Positions 1-9,511 of a stretch of DNA of 20,000 nucleotides are shown one piece after another. The stretch spans positions 53,775 through 73,774 of the forward strand of contig NKIB01012647.1 in NCBI GenBank assembly GCA_002256025.1, given 5' to 3'. This stretch comes from Asterionella formosa (taxonomy: Eukaryota). Every line of letters begins with the position of its first letter. The first letter of the stretch is position 1. Under the pieces are notes generated by a model. It was not told the DNA's origin. It made no database searches and saw only the letters and a program-made list of their open reading frames with translations. Position numbers and translations under genes: made by a program.

Positions 1-1
1 A

Positions 2-1081
2 ATTGCATGCATGGCAATGTCGTTCTTTGGCACCGTCGCAGCTGTTCTCGGGTACTTTTTGGAACTAGAAAACTTTGATGAAGTCGAAGCAATTGTCAAA
101 CTGTGGGCTGGCGCCTTCCCAGTCTTTGGAATTACTGCTTCTTTATCCCAGTTTTTGACACAGGATGCACATCCTTTCGGGATTGGTGGATGGTGCTCAA
201 CCTATTTATCTGTTTGTTCGTTCGTTGCATTTATATATACTTTGATTCTTCGTTCCAGACCGACCAAAAGTGCAGCGACTCGAGGGATCGGTAACCTCAG
301 TTGTATTCTCTCTTGGTTTTGCACAATTGTTGTAATTTTCGGAAAATATGGAGTAGCTGGACTCGATGCTGGTTTTGATGTAACTAAGGTGGCCGGCCTG
401 TCTGCATCAGTGTTTGGTACACTTTTGGCATCCTTGCTTTTGTTAGCGCTTGAGGGCGAGTCCGGTTCAAGCGGAGGCCGCAGCAGAGTTCGACGGATAT
501 CTGACAATGCAAGTCAATACAAACCATCCTTTGGACTGTCGTTGACACAGCTGAAGCGGTCTAATGCATTGGCACCTGTGATTGCTGCCGTAGTTTCTGT
601 GTTTGTCATTGCTACGGCGTACGCCATTTTCATCAGAGGGTGCAGTAACTTCTTCGACAGCGATACCAATCATCAAAGCATGTTTCATGCTGTGTTTGGG
701 AAGGTGGACAGATCAAATGCAGATTCCGAATTAGCTTACATGGCAGAGAGAAGCGCTCTCCACAGTCAAGCCGTTGTAACATCCGCGAAGCTTGCCAGAA
801 GTAGCTTTTGGATGGCTGCCAATCCGATGGGCCCACTACTTTACCTGGGAGGAATGTTGGCAACCATCCCCGGTCTATATTTGTTAGTGACATATCTTTG
901 GTCTGGGATAGGGATACAGACTGCGCAGGTGACCCTCGCAGCACCCTTGAACATGATTCCACTTGTCTTTTGCCGTGGCATCCCGACTCTTACTGCAGCA
1001 GCGACAATCGGTTTTGTTGGAGGCCTACTGCAATTAACAATGCTTCGAAAAAAAGATCAACAGGCACGAATGAGAATATAG
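2..1081 (+). CDS. C-terminal part of a multi-pass membrane protein of unknown function; probably 5'-truncated by the window edge
   Basis: The frame is open from base 2 (ATT GCA TGC ATG...) to TAG at 1079-1081. The 356 aa from the ATG at 11 contain many hydrophobic TM-like segments (e.g. YLSVCSFVAFIYTLIL, ALAPVIAAVVSVFVIATAYAIFI, LLYLGGMLATIPGLYLLVTYLW). No family recognised. Confidence 0.8.
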   Translation: MACMAMSFFGTVAAVLGYFLELENFDEVEAIVKLWAGAFPVFGITASLSQFLTQDAHPFGIGGWCSTYLSVCSFVAFIYTLILRSRPTKSAATRGIGNLSCILSWFCTIVVIFGKYGVAGLDAGFDVTKVAGLSASVFGTLLASLLLLALEGESGSSGGRSRVRRISDNASQYKPSFGLSLTQLKRSNALAPVIAAVVSVFVIATAYAIFIRGCSNFFDSDTNHQSMFHAVFGKVDRSNADSELAYMAERSALHSQAVVTSAKLARSSFWMAANPMGPLLYLGGMLATIPGLYLLVTYLWSGIGIQTAQVTLAAPLNMIPLVFCRGIPTLTAAATIGFVGGLLQLTMLRKKDQQARMRI

Positions 1082-1365
1082 AAATCCGTCTTTCGGTGTT
1101 AACTTTTATATCCAATCGGTTTCTTCACCTCGTTTCCCACAGCAAGCTAAATAATTCCCACATAGCCATGTAACTAACACTCAACGTTTTTCGTCTCATC
1201 CGCAATTGGTTGCTTTATTCATCAATTGTTAACAACCCCTTTTCAGCAGCATCGGTTTTACCAGGTACAGACCTTGTTGATGAGTATTAGAAGGACTAAT
1301 AATGCGACCTTAAATAACAATTAACACGTTTGAAGGAATAGATGAAATATTTGTTCCCGACGAGC

Positions 1366-2883
1366 TCAAACAAGAGCGGTGCCCAATGTAGAATGATATT
1401 CTTGAGAATAAGTAGCAGCCCACGCTACTTCCATTTGCTGACCGAGAATAGGATAATAATTGTGAAGCTCCAAAGGCGACTCGGCGAAGCAGACGACTAC
1501 GGTATCCACGGCACTAGCAACTACACTCATCAAAATGCCGGAAACCAAGGTGCCTATCAAAAGTCCACAAAAAAATGCCATCCAGGCTGCGTCCTCATCT
1601 CCAAGCATCGACATAAGTGAAGGGTGTGCCTTAATAATCAAAATGCTGACTAAACCAGTCAAGCCTCCAATGACAAAGCTAACGAGAGAGAGAACGCGAT
1701 TCACCAACTGATCGTTGATAATGGCATCCCAACCTCGTGACTCGAAAAGTTCCATGACTTTTACACCAGCTTCGGCGTAGGAATATCCGTAAAGGCCGAC
1801 GTAAATGTAGCTCCACTTGTTAAAGTAAAGAATCAACTTATTCAAGGTGTCGAGTAGGCATTCCGCAATGCAATAAAGTACACCAGTGTTGCGACTACCG
1901 TTATCTCTGGCACGCTTGACAAAATAATGAGCCACCTGGACCAACGCGACCAATAAACTTCCCATGCAAATTGATCCTAAGGAATATGTCATGCTACGAA
2001 ACAACGAGTCGTTGATCGATTTGCTGCAACCCGAGTTGGCCTCGTCAGGAACAAACCACCAACTTCCCACAACACCCGCAACAGTGACGTGAATAATATT
2101 CTTGACGACTTCATGCGTCCAGTATAGGGCAAAGATAAAAAGGGCAAGGGTGCCTCCACTAAGAGTCTTCTCACAGTTTCCATCCTCGTCGCATTTTGGC
2201 CTACCGTGCGCGTAAGTACCAATCAAACTAATCATCCAGAGCATGGTGTAACCGAATGACACAATGGTCAAACTAAATTGAACGAAAAAGAGTCCCCAAT
2301 TCGTGTGTATAGCGGTCAATGCAGTCAAAAGATTAGCTGTAGCGAATGGAAGTCGATCCCAGATTGACCAAGCATAGAAGCAGGCAAGCGCAAATATGGA
2401 GAAAGCGAACAAGGCACCGTCCCAGAATCCGTGCGACAAGCAAATTCCCATGAGCACCAGGTTTGATAATATGCTAAACACAACGCTGAATTGTACCATA
2501 AATTGGGCGAACCTTGTCATGAAATATAGTACCGACCCCGAGATCACGACAGAAGCAACAAAACTCCAGAGAAAAAGCCAAAGTACCCCTCCAAAACGTA
2601 TGGTTGGCGTGTCTGGGTGGTCTTCATCTTTGTAATTAAAAGCTGGAAGACCCCATGCCATGCCAATGCCAAAAACTACGGATAAGTGCGCAAGAAATAG
2701 GAGAGCGAACACAAAGTCCCGACATGCTGATGGCTGGCGTTCAGCGTTGCTCCACGAGGTGATTGGCTGGAAAGCTTGATCGAGAACGACTTGTTCGTCA
2801 TCTTCAGGCTCGATGTTATCTGGCAAGAGTTTTTCCGACAAGTCGTTCGTGGTGTTGGTTTCTTGATCTAGAGGGTCCATCAT
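1366..2883 (-). CDS. Choline transporter-like protein (SLC44/CTL/Pns1 family, plasma-membrane choline transporter domain)
   Basis: Single 505-aa ORF with an acidic N-terminal tail and about 10 TM segments. Family-typical motifs: CRDFVFALLF, HVTVAGVVGSWW, YSLGSICMGSLLVA, FNKWSYIYVGLYG-Y--AG, AVDTVVVCFAE. Confidence 0.9.
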   Translation of the reverse strand: MMDPLDQETNTTNDLSEKLLPDNIEPEDDEQVVLDQAFQPITSWSNAERQPSACRDFVFALLFLAHLSVVFGIGMAWGLPAFNYKDEDHPDTPTIRFGGVLWLFLWSFVASVVISGSVLYFMTRFAQFMVQFSVVFSILSNLVLMGICLSHGFWDGALFAFSIFALACFYAWSIWDRLPFATANLLTALTAIHTNWGLFFVQFSLTIVSFGYTMLWMISLIGTYAHGRPKCDEDGNCEKTLSGGTLALFIFALYWTHEVVKNIIHVTVAGVVGSWWFVPDEANSGCSKSINDSLFRSMTYSLGSICMGSLLVALVQVAHYFVKRARDNGSRNTGVLYCIAECLLDTLNKLILYFNKWSYIYVGLYGYSYAEAGVKVMELFESRGWDAIINDQLVNRVLSLVSFVIGGLTGLVSILIIKAHPSLMSMLGDEDAAWMAFFCGLLIGTLVSGILMSVVASAVDTVVVCFAESPLELHNYYPILGQQMEVAWAATYSQEYHSTLGTALV

Positions 2884-3148
2884 TACGTTCCATTAGGAAA
2901 AGAGAGCCACTGGGAACAAAGGGACAGAGTTTCGATTGATGACGGGAGCGTCCAGGAGGGCTCTCAGAATTTTTGGGTAACATTACATGCCGGGTAAAGT
3001 TAATAGGGAATGCAATCAAAAACTGAAACGAGCTCTAATTCATTCATATTTACGTATTCATGTTTTAGTTGAATAAAGGTATTCATAAAACAAATTTTAT
3101 GAAGAATTGTCATGACGTTCATCAAGCAATCGTGGAATTGACTCAATA

Positions 3149-3256
3149 TACCAGGTGTACTCCGAGTATATACCCTGATATCAGGTACCGGGTAATTGGT
3201 TTTAGCTACCGGTACGCTGGTAGCTGGTACTCCGTACCAGATACCAGGTACCTGTA
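3149..3256. repeat. Cluster of palindromic GGTACC/TACCWGGTA/TACCGGTA micro-repeats in the divergent promoter region between the CTL gene and paralog A
   Basis: taccagg, cctgatatcagg, ggtaccgggta, taccggta and gtaccagataccaggtacctg all fall within about 110 bp. Confidence 0.75.
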
Positions 3257-3709
3257 TCCCTGTATTCATCAATATGCGGTGATTGTGTAGAGACTAAAAC
3301 TTTAGCTATCGTTATCCAACATGAAATTGTTTATTTAAGCATAATGACCGCGAGTCCGCTGTTGGATAACTTGATGTTACATACGTGTTCGTATGATTGT
3401 TTGCACTCCATGATCCATGATGCTTGTTTCGTGTTCGAGAGGTCAGTATGCATCACCATTCTAATTCGAAGGAATTCGTTCTTTTTTGCTGCTTCCCTTC
3501 TTTATCAGTCCCGCTATAAGCAAACTGATTCCCAACAGCGACTCGAGTTCGCATTTGGATGTCAGCTGCAAGATGCTGTCGTTTCATGATCCTTGTTCTC
3601 ATGCGCATTCCCCATAAATTGCAAAACTGGATATTACCACCAGGTAGCCTACCACTACTGTATACAACCAACCCTCCACCCCCAAATTCCAAAAGATTCA
3701 AACTTTGTC

Positions 3710-4266
3710 ATGGCTCGATTCGCCACTGTCCTCTTTGTCCTTGTGGCCTCTTCTGCTTCTGCTTTCACTGTCACTGCTCCCTTCAAGACGGTACGTTTGG
3801 AGTATATCGTTCTTATTGCGGCACTTTTTTCACAATCTCACACGCATTTCTTTTGCTTCGTCAGCATAATTGCGTTCAGACGAATCTTCAGTTGATGGCT
3901 GCAGAGGAATTGGAAACACTGATGGCAAAAGCTACCGGCTGTGCCGATAGTGAATGCTCGGTGGACGAAGTCGCGGATTTTGTTGAACTCCTCAAGGTCC
4001 AACAAAAGGAACTCTCTGATCGTGTCACGCAGGTCAATTCCATGATCAAGTCGCTTGAAATCATCAACGGTCAAGATGATCGTAAGGTCGATCAAGTACG
4101 CGAGACGGTCCGTGCCATTTTCCGTGTCTTTCAGCTCGGAGACAAGGGCAGTGGCAATAACTACCCCTCACTCTCAAAGCCCACTGGGTGGAGTGGTGAC
4201 GTGGGGAGCGGTCCAACCACGGCGTACGACTCCCTCCCTCCCAAACGTTGGAAGCCAAAGCCATAA
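3710..4266 (+). CDS. Predicted plastid-targeted small coiled-coil protein, paralog A (160 aa; exons 3710-3790 and 3865-4266)
   Basis: Exon 1 encodes MARFATVLFVLVASSASA|FTVTAPFKT (signal peptide plus ASAF cleavage motif). The phase-0 intron 3791-3864 runs GTACGT...TCAG. Exon 2 is in frame with the listed 3559-4266 ORF and encodes CADSECSVDEV...GPTTAYDSLPPKRWKPKP*. Homologous to the neighbouring minus-strand gene. Confidence 0.88.
3791..3864 (+). other. Spliceosomal intron (74 nt, phase 0) in paralog A
   Basis: GTACGT donor, CTCAC branch-like site near 3837, pyrimidine tract and TCAG acceptor. Splicing joins the signal-peptide exon in frame to the conserved domain. Confidence 0.82.
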
Positions 4267-4641
4267 ATAAACAATTAAGTTGGACGATATAGCAAGCTTT
4301 GAGTAGTTTCAGTTTTTGGATGATTGGTGTTTATTTTACCCAGTATTGCTCAATTGTACAATCAGACGAGTAGCAGGGCGTCCTGTACGCAATCCATGTC
4401 ATCTTGAGGGAAGAGACAAGAAGTTAATCTTCTAAATGGCTAAAATGCTTGCTGGGTCATGGTCAAAAGTCGGCAACAAAATATTTAGAATTACGCTTTG
4501 GTCTAGCAGCTTGGTTCAAGGAAAAGAACAACTCTCATTGCGACTAGCTAAAGTTCAAGTATGCTTTGGAGATGTGGTGCTGGATTTGTGGTATGGTGTG
4601 TTGAGGCAAGATGGTAGTATTGGCAAGGGGAAAGGACGAGC

Positions 4642-5205
4642 TTACTGCTTGGATTCTGGAGTCCATTTCTTGGGGGGAAGGACATCGTACGCATCATAGG
4701 GGCCATCAAAAGCATTAAGACCGGTGGCAATTCCGACAGTCTTGGCGTTGCCGAAGACACTGAGAAGATCCTTGACAAACGCGCGAACCTCATCGGTTCT
4801 GCGTTCCTTCTTCTCGTTGATATGTTGTAGCTGAGCAATCATGTTCATTACCCGGTCAAGGCGAGCGTTCAAGACTTGTTGCTGTGCTTTCAGATCAGCG
4901 ACCAAGGAGGAGACATCATCGACTGAGCATTCACTATCGGCACATTCTTCGGCAGCAGACAAGATGGCCTTAGTCTCCTCATCGGTTAGAATGGCATGGC
5001 GAGTGATACTCGGCGCAACAATCTAAACAACGAAGAATTGGAAATCGATACTGTTAGGACAACATTAAAGGGCAAGAAGAAGACAAACAACCACATCTAG
5101 CAGATATTCATAGACTAGTGTCACGCTTACCGAGCGAGGGAAGGAAGGAGCTGTGGTAAATGCACGAGTAGAAGCAGCAAGGATAGCGAAGAGGAGCAGC
5201 TTCAT
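4642..5205 (-). CDS. Predicted plastid-targeted small coiled-coil protein, paralog B (151 aa; exons 5205-5131 and 5022-4642)
   Basis: Exon 1 encodes MKLLLFAILAASTRA|FTTAPSFPRS. The phase-0 intron 5130-5023 runs GTAAGC...TTTAG. Exon 2 encodes IVAPSITRHAILTDEETKAILSAAEECADSECSVDDV...GPYDAYDVLPPKKWTPESKQ*. By hand alignment, 30/64 residues are identical to paralog A without gaps from the first Cys to VF. Confidence 0.88.
5023..5130 (-). other. Spliceosomal intron (108 nt, phase 0) in paralog B
   Basis: GTAAGC donor (gcttac at 5125-5130 on +) and TTTAG acceptor (ct at 5023-5024 on +). The join is in frame, with the same phase and nearly the same position as the paralog A intron. Confidence 0.82.
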
Positions 5206-5284
5206 GATGGACAGTATGTTTTATTGTTGGCAAGGGAATTGATTGGAAAGATATGAACGAAATTATGAACCAAATAGGCATGAC

Positions 5285-6047
5285 ACCTGGGTACCTGGTA
5301 CCACGTGAATTGAACTTCTACAAGGTACCAGTACCTGGTCTCCTAGTACTTGGAGTACCAGTACCTGGTATCAGTACCACATGGAAAAAATAAAGAACCA
5401 GATACCAGCAAGTTGCGGTCATTTTGCTTAATAGACAATTTAATCTTGGATAAACACAGCTAAACGTTTAGTTTAGCAAAATTACTGCAACTTGCCAGCG
5501 ACCGGCACCTGGTACCGGTACCAGGTACCTGGTACCACACCCTGCTGGAGCACCGTGTTGCTTGGCGGGTCTTCCTCCTCTATGATATACTGTATCGGGA
5601 TCGGGCTTCTCATCCTCAACTATGGATGCGAACCCCAAAAGGTTGCATCTTGTTGCTGGCGGGGAGCCCTTATCTTTTTTTATGTACATCAAAATTCTTG
5701 ACATACCGGTAGATTCTTTGATCGCCGGAATAATACTATGTTACACACATACCGGTATACATACATATACACTGTACAAAGGTAAACCTAGTTCTGAATG
5801 CATTACCGGTAGGTAAAAGGTTCAAGTTGGATTCAAGTTGGATTCGGCATCTCCAACTGCCTGCTATTTAGGTACCAGGTACAGCCTTCATTTGATTTTA
5901 TGAAAAGGTAAACGGGGTATACAGTATAACTATCTCGAAGAAAATATGCCGTCGTGCTTCTACTGGTGAAAAATAATGCAGATATTATTTTATCCTAAAA
6001 AATACGTCTCCATGTAGACTAAATACGGTACCAGGTACCTGGCCAGG
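5285..6047. repeat. Clusters of palindromic GGTACC/TACCWGGTA/TACCGGTA micro-repeats upstream of paralog B
   Basis: Dense at 5285-5410 and 5501-5538, the latter with two overlapping perfect 20-bp palindromes (5507-5526 acctggtaccggtaccaggt; 5517-5536 ggtaccaggtacctggtacc). Further copies near 5705, 5748, 5804, 5871 and 6027. Confidence 0.8.
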
Positions 6048-6480
6048 TTTTCTCTGTGTCCACTAACTAACGTTGCATAGATTCGCCAGCACGACTATTG
6101 CCAACGTGCTTATTTTAGGACGGATCACAAAGACTACATGCCATCTTTCTACATGAGGGTCGGCTTACTCGAGAAAATGCTTTTTTTAGGAGTTACATAC
6201 CAGTAGGTGAACGTCAACTCTATTTTTGTAATTAAATAATTAGCATCTAAATAAAAATATCGAAACCAATTTAGTATTCTTTTATTAATTGGGCATACGT
6301 ATGAATGATAGTATGTTTTATAGCCCATTTGTGCTTCCTTTTTGAAGGCAAGTATTCATTGTGCAACCTGCCAACAAGACCTGGCTGTGGTTCCCTAGTT
6401 TTGTTAGCATAGGTGAGTCCCCAACCGCCTTTTGCGAAAGGTGATCATCTTAGCTGCAGTGTTGGCACAAGCTGATTATT

Positions 6481-6616
6481 GGGGGGGGGGGGGGGGCACC
6501 CCCATTTTTTTTGCNNNNNNNNNCCCCCCCCCACCCCCCCCCCCCCCCCGCGCCCCCCCCCCCCCCCCCCCCCCCCCCCCGCCCCCCCCCCCCCCCCCCA
6601 ACCCACTATTTTTTGC
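6481..6616. other. Assembly gap (9 N at 6515-6523) flanked by poly-G and poly-C; low-quality sequence
   Basis: G16 run at 6481-6496, then the Ns, then about 75 nt of near-pure C. The similar ends cacccccatttttttgc and caacccactattttttgc on either side suggest the same sequence was assembled twice. Confidence 0.85.
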
Positions 6617-6839
6617 ACACCAGGCAAGACCATGCAGGATGGTAAAGGAGTGTGGGAGTTGGACCCAACAATTGCTTCTCAAAAAATTCGGGAATCAAAC
6701 CTCACAACCTGAGATCAAAGGCAATGTGTTAAACCACTAAGCTATTCCCGCATTGGGTACATGTATATAACAAGCAATGCTAATGCGTTGATTTTGCTAG
6801 TATCATTTGTTTACCATCATCATCATCATTTTTGTCGAA

Positions 6840-7285
6840 ATGAATGTTGACATCGCTGATTCGCCCATTCCTGATGGTCAGATCCTTGGCTTGATGGCCA
6901 GCAACAATGGTTGCAGTTGCACCCATCATCACTGTTGCGGATCAACTGTAAAGGATGGCTCTTTGATTTTCTTCTCTTTGTGTATAGCATTGAACAAGAT
7001 CCCACAAGAACTCATGGATGCTAACCAGGTGACTATGGCATATGAACTCCATCCAGAATATCAAAGGTGCAGAGTTGGATATCTTTCCAGGAGAATCACA
7101 CATCACAAAGTCGAGGCAGTGCTGCTGTGGTTCTTGAACTGCTAAAAGACTCTAGCAAAGAGCAAACAAAAAGACAAATGAACATGCAAGGTTAAGGAGT
7201 TGTTCTTCTTACTTTTCTTGATGTTAGGGTCAAAATTGAAGATGCTATCGTTAAGCAGGAAATCTATAATTCTACTGCTGTGTAG
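6840..7285 (+). pseudogene. Degraded gene for a small Cys/His-motif protein (GxSCxHHxCCG ... RCRVGYL), likely transposon-associated
   Basis: MNVDIADSPIPDGQILGLMASNNGCSCTHHHCCGSTV...QRCRVGYLSRRITHHK, then an apparent frameshift near 7110 into RGSAAVVLELLKDSSKEQTKRQMNMQG*GVVLLTFLD (stop at 7193-7195), ending at TAG 7283-7285. The family assignment is from motif recall only. Confidence 0.5.
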
Positions 7286-7373
7286 ATAAATAAAATCCAA
7301 CTATAGTTATCCAGCTTGTCAAAGAAACTACTATAAGTTCAATACATATAGAACCATTAACACCCAGTGCTAC

Positions 7374-7479
7374 TAATATATATATATATATATAAATATA
7401 AAGGGTGAATGTCTTTTGATCCAATGCAGCCGTAATGGTACCAGAGACAAAAAACCTTACCATTACCATTACCATTACC
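7374..7479. repeat. Microsatellites: (TA)n near 7376-7400 and (TTACCA)~4 at 7457-7479
   Basis: Read directly from the sequence. They lie between the 3' ends of the two convergent pseudogenes. Confidence 0.8.
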
Positions 7480-7487
7480 CCCTACTA

Positions 7488-7885
7488 TTAAAACAGATCA
7501 TCCAGGAATGTGAGGGCCAACTCTATTGTTCCTTCCCCAGCTGCTAATTCTCATTTAGAATCCCCGCCGATTCCAAAACTGCCTTCCCAATGTGAAGTAT
7601 CTCATAATTGTTGTTGCCATGAACCAAAATAATCCCTTCCAAGCAACACTGTGATGTTAAGAAAGAACAATTAAATTTCTTTGGAAAAAACAAAACAAAT
7701 TCTGCCTGCATTGCCTCTATCAAACTGTTACATTCATGTTGGCTTCTTCCACGGAGTTTCATTGACCTGACTGTAATGCCCTAAAAGAAGATAGATCATT
7801 GATGTTCAAATCTGGACTGTTTGCTGGTTGCTTAGTCAATCGAATATCCCATTCTCCACCTGTTGAAGCTGCTACACAGCAAAAT
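7488..7885 (-). mobile_element. Tc1/mariner-superfamily (plant-type DD39D-like) transposase remnant, C-terminal part, pseudogenised
   Basis: The minus strand reads ...GGEWDIRLTKQPANSPDLNINDLSSFRALQSGQ*; 7830-7792 matches the QPPNSPDLNxxDL motif carrying the third catalytic Asp, and TGA is at 7761-7759. A frameshift leads to LIEAMQAEF...FLTSQCCLEGIILVHGNNNYEILHIGKAVLESAGIL (cf. FLTLQSCM..I....GGNNYKIPHMKK), and a second frameshift leads to ELAAGEGTIELALTFLDDLF* ending at 7488. Confidence 0.85.
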
Positions 7886-8720
7886 CGGAACCAAAATATG
7901 CTACAGCATTGTCATGCTGTAGATATACAATGATGTCTGCATACACCTGTTTTGTTGCTGGGAGTGATTTTGTTTCCATTGTCCCTGCTGCTGGTTGATA
8001 AATTGAACTTCTTTACGCTGCTACTTATACATATTACATACATGGGTTCATAGCTTAGAGCAAGATGCACACACAAAATTGAGCCGCAGAAAACCATAGG
8101 ATTCAAAATCATTTATCCGTTGAATTATTGATGCAACTGTTAATTGGTGTTCGAGGGAACAGGCATACCGGTGTAGGTGCTGGCCTTCCAGTTAACGGTA
8201 TTGGTGGTACCAGGTAGCTTCATACAAACTGTCAGGTGTCATGTATAGTATGTGCCGGAACCAGGAAGAAATTACTGGTAGTGTTGGACAAGCAAGGATT
8301 AAAGATTCATCTTGTCTTCTCTGAAGGCCTGAGTAGTAGGGTAAGTAACTTGTTGTTTGTGTGCCGTCTACATACAAGGGAGAGTACCGTTAGTAGTCAG
8401 TACACAAAAGGCTAATTAACCCACAAAGGTATTCAAAGTTACTTCAGCAATTTTCTGTGGAGTTACACACTGGTGCATGCACCAATCTACAACTAGTTTT
8501 AAACTTAAGGTTGCGGCCCCACAGTTACACAATGTGAGGTCTGTTTTTTCCCAAAATAGTTTTATGATGTACCATAATCCACACATTACGTACAAATAAA
8601 TAGAATAGTTAAAGGTAAAATTAGCTTTCACCATTACAACCACTTTGCATATGCTTAGATACAGTCATGGGTTGACTTAGGGGTACTACGTTCTATCTTT
8701 GGATATGGTAAGGACCTCAT

Positions 8721-8841
8721 TTCTGGAGAGAAACTGCAGTTATCCCTCTTGGAAAAGTGTCTATCCAAAATAAAGTAAAAAATAGGGGCTATAAAGCTTT
8801 TTAAAAAATCTACAAGAGATAACTGCAGTTTCTCTCGAGAA
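8721..8841. repeat. Inverted repeat (perfect 19-bp core, about 30 bp imperfect) around an AT-rich spacer; MITE-like
   Basis: 8726-8744 gagagaaactgcagttatc is the exact reverse complement of 8818-8836 gataactgcagtttctctc. Pairing extends outward (ttct/agaa) and inward (tcttg/caaga). Confidence 0.75.
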
Positions 8842-9511
8842 GTTAACTCCTGATGTTATAGGGTACACAGCTATCTCCCCCTACTTTAATCTTCATTAAA
8901 CCCCGCAGATGTAGAGCAATCCTCCTCCAAAAAGTCGAGAAGATTGGCTTTTTCAACAGTTGCCAAAATATTGGAATCGGAATTTGCATGTGCAAAACCA
9001 TTCCCATATACTTAGAGTCTTGCCTAGCTATGTTTTGCTGCATAATTCTTAGTCTTAAAAGACTCCAGGGTAAGTTGCCATGTCACTACACGTATTCTGA
9101 TTGGTTGAATTGAATTTTCTGATACCTGCATACAGCAACATAAATTCAATATAACATTTAAACACAAACCATGAGCATACATGTTGGCATACCAGTACTC
9201 CCTATTTATAAACCGGTATGTATTTTGGCGTTGGGCAAAATCATATCTACATACAGCAACGAGGATAAACTAATAACGTTTGAATATCATTTTTGTTTGT
9301 TTGAAATGGAACTCTATCAATCTGGCGCCGATTCCTATTTAATTCAAATATTCAAATCGACGCTTGAATCATGGGAATTCATAGTAGGAAACTCCCTGTT
9401 CCACACCGTTTTTACAACCCTAGCAACATTTTCTCCAAACTAGGGTTAAGCTGGGGCCACAACCTTTGAACAATTTGCCAAGTAATACTTTAGTATCATA
9501 TTCCTGAAATG

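Noticed and set aside
3559..3864. N-terminal extension of the listed 235-aa ORF (Cys/His-rich)
   Set aside because: It reads through the 5' region, the out-of-frame exon 1 and the intron. The spliced model from ATG 3710 gives a proper targeting peptide and matches the paralog.
3710..5205. Calling the paralog pair bona fide CP12
   Set aside because: There is no AWD_VEE core, the Cys spacing is x4 rather than x8, and there is no C-terminal Cys pair. Kept only as an analogy.
5285..5540. CRISPR-like array
   Set aside because: The units are 6-9 bp and irregularly spaced, with no constant-length unique spacers and no cas genes, in a eukaryotic context.
5821..5846. 11-bp tandem duplication (ttcaagttgga x2+)
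   Set aside because: Ordinary slippage duplication with no further copies in the array.
6432..6740. Poly-Pro and poly-Gly ORFs (formin/extensin-like) and a possible G-quadruplex/i-motif hairpin
   Set aside because: They are translations of homopolymer runs flanking an N gap. The duplicated flanks indicate an assembly artefact.
7457..7479. Interstitial telomeric repeat
   Set aside because: The unit is TTACCA (TGGTAA), not TTAGGG/CCCTAA, and there are only about 4 copies, so it is treated as a microsatellite.
7901..7922. 9-bp stem hairpin (ctacagcat-tgtc-atgctgtag) near the mariner truncation point
   Set aside because: Short enough to occur by chance in 20 kb, with no supporting context.
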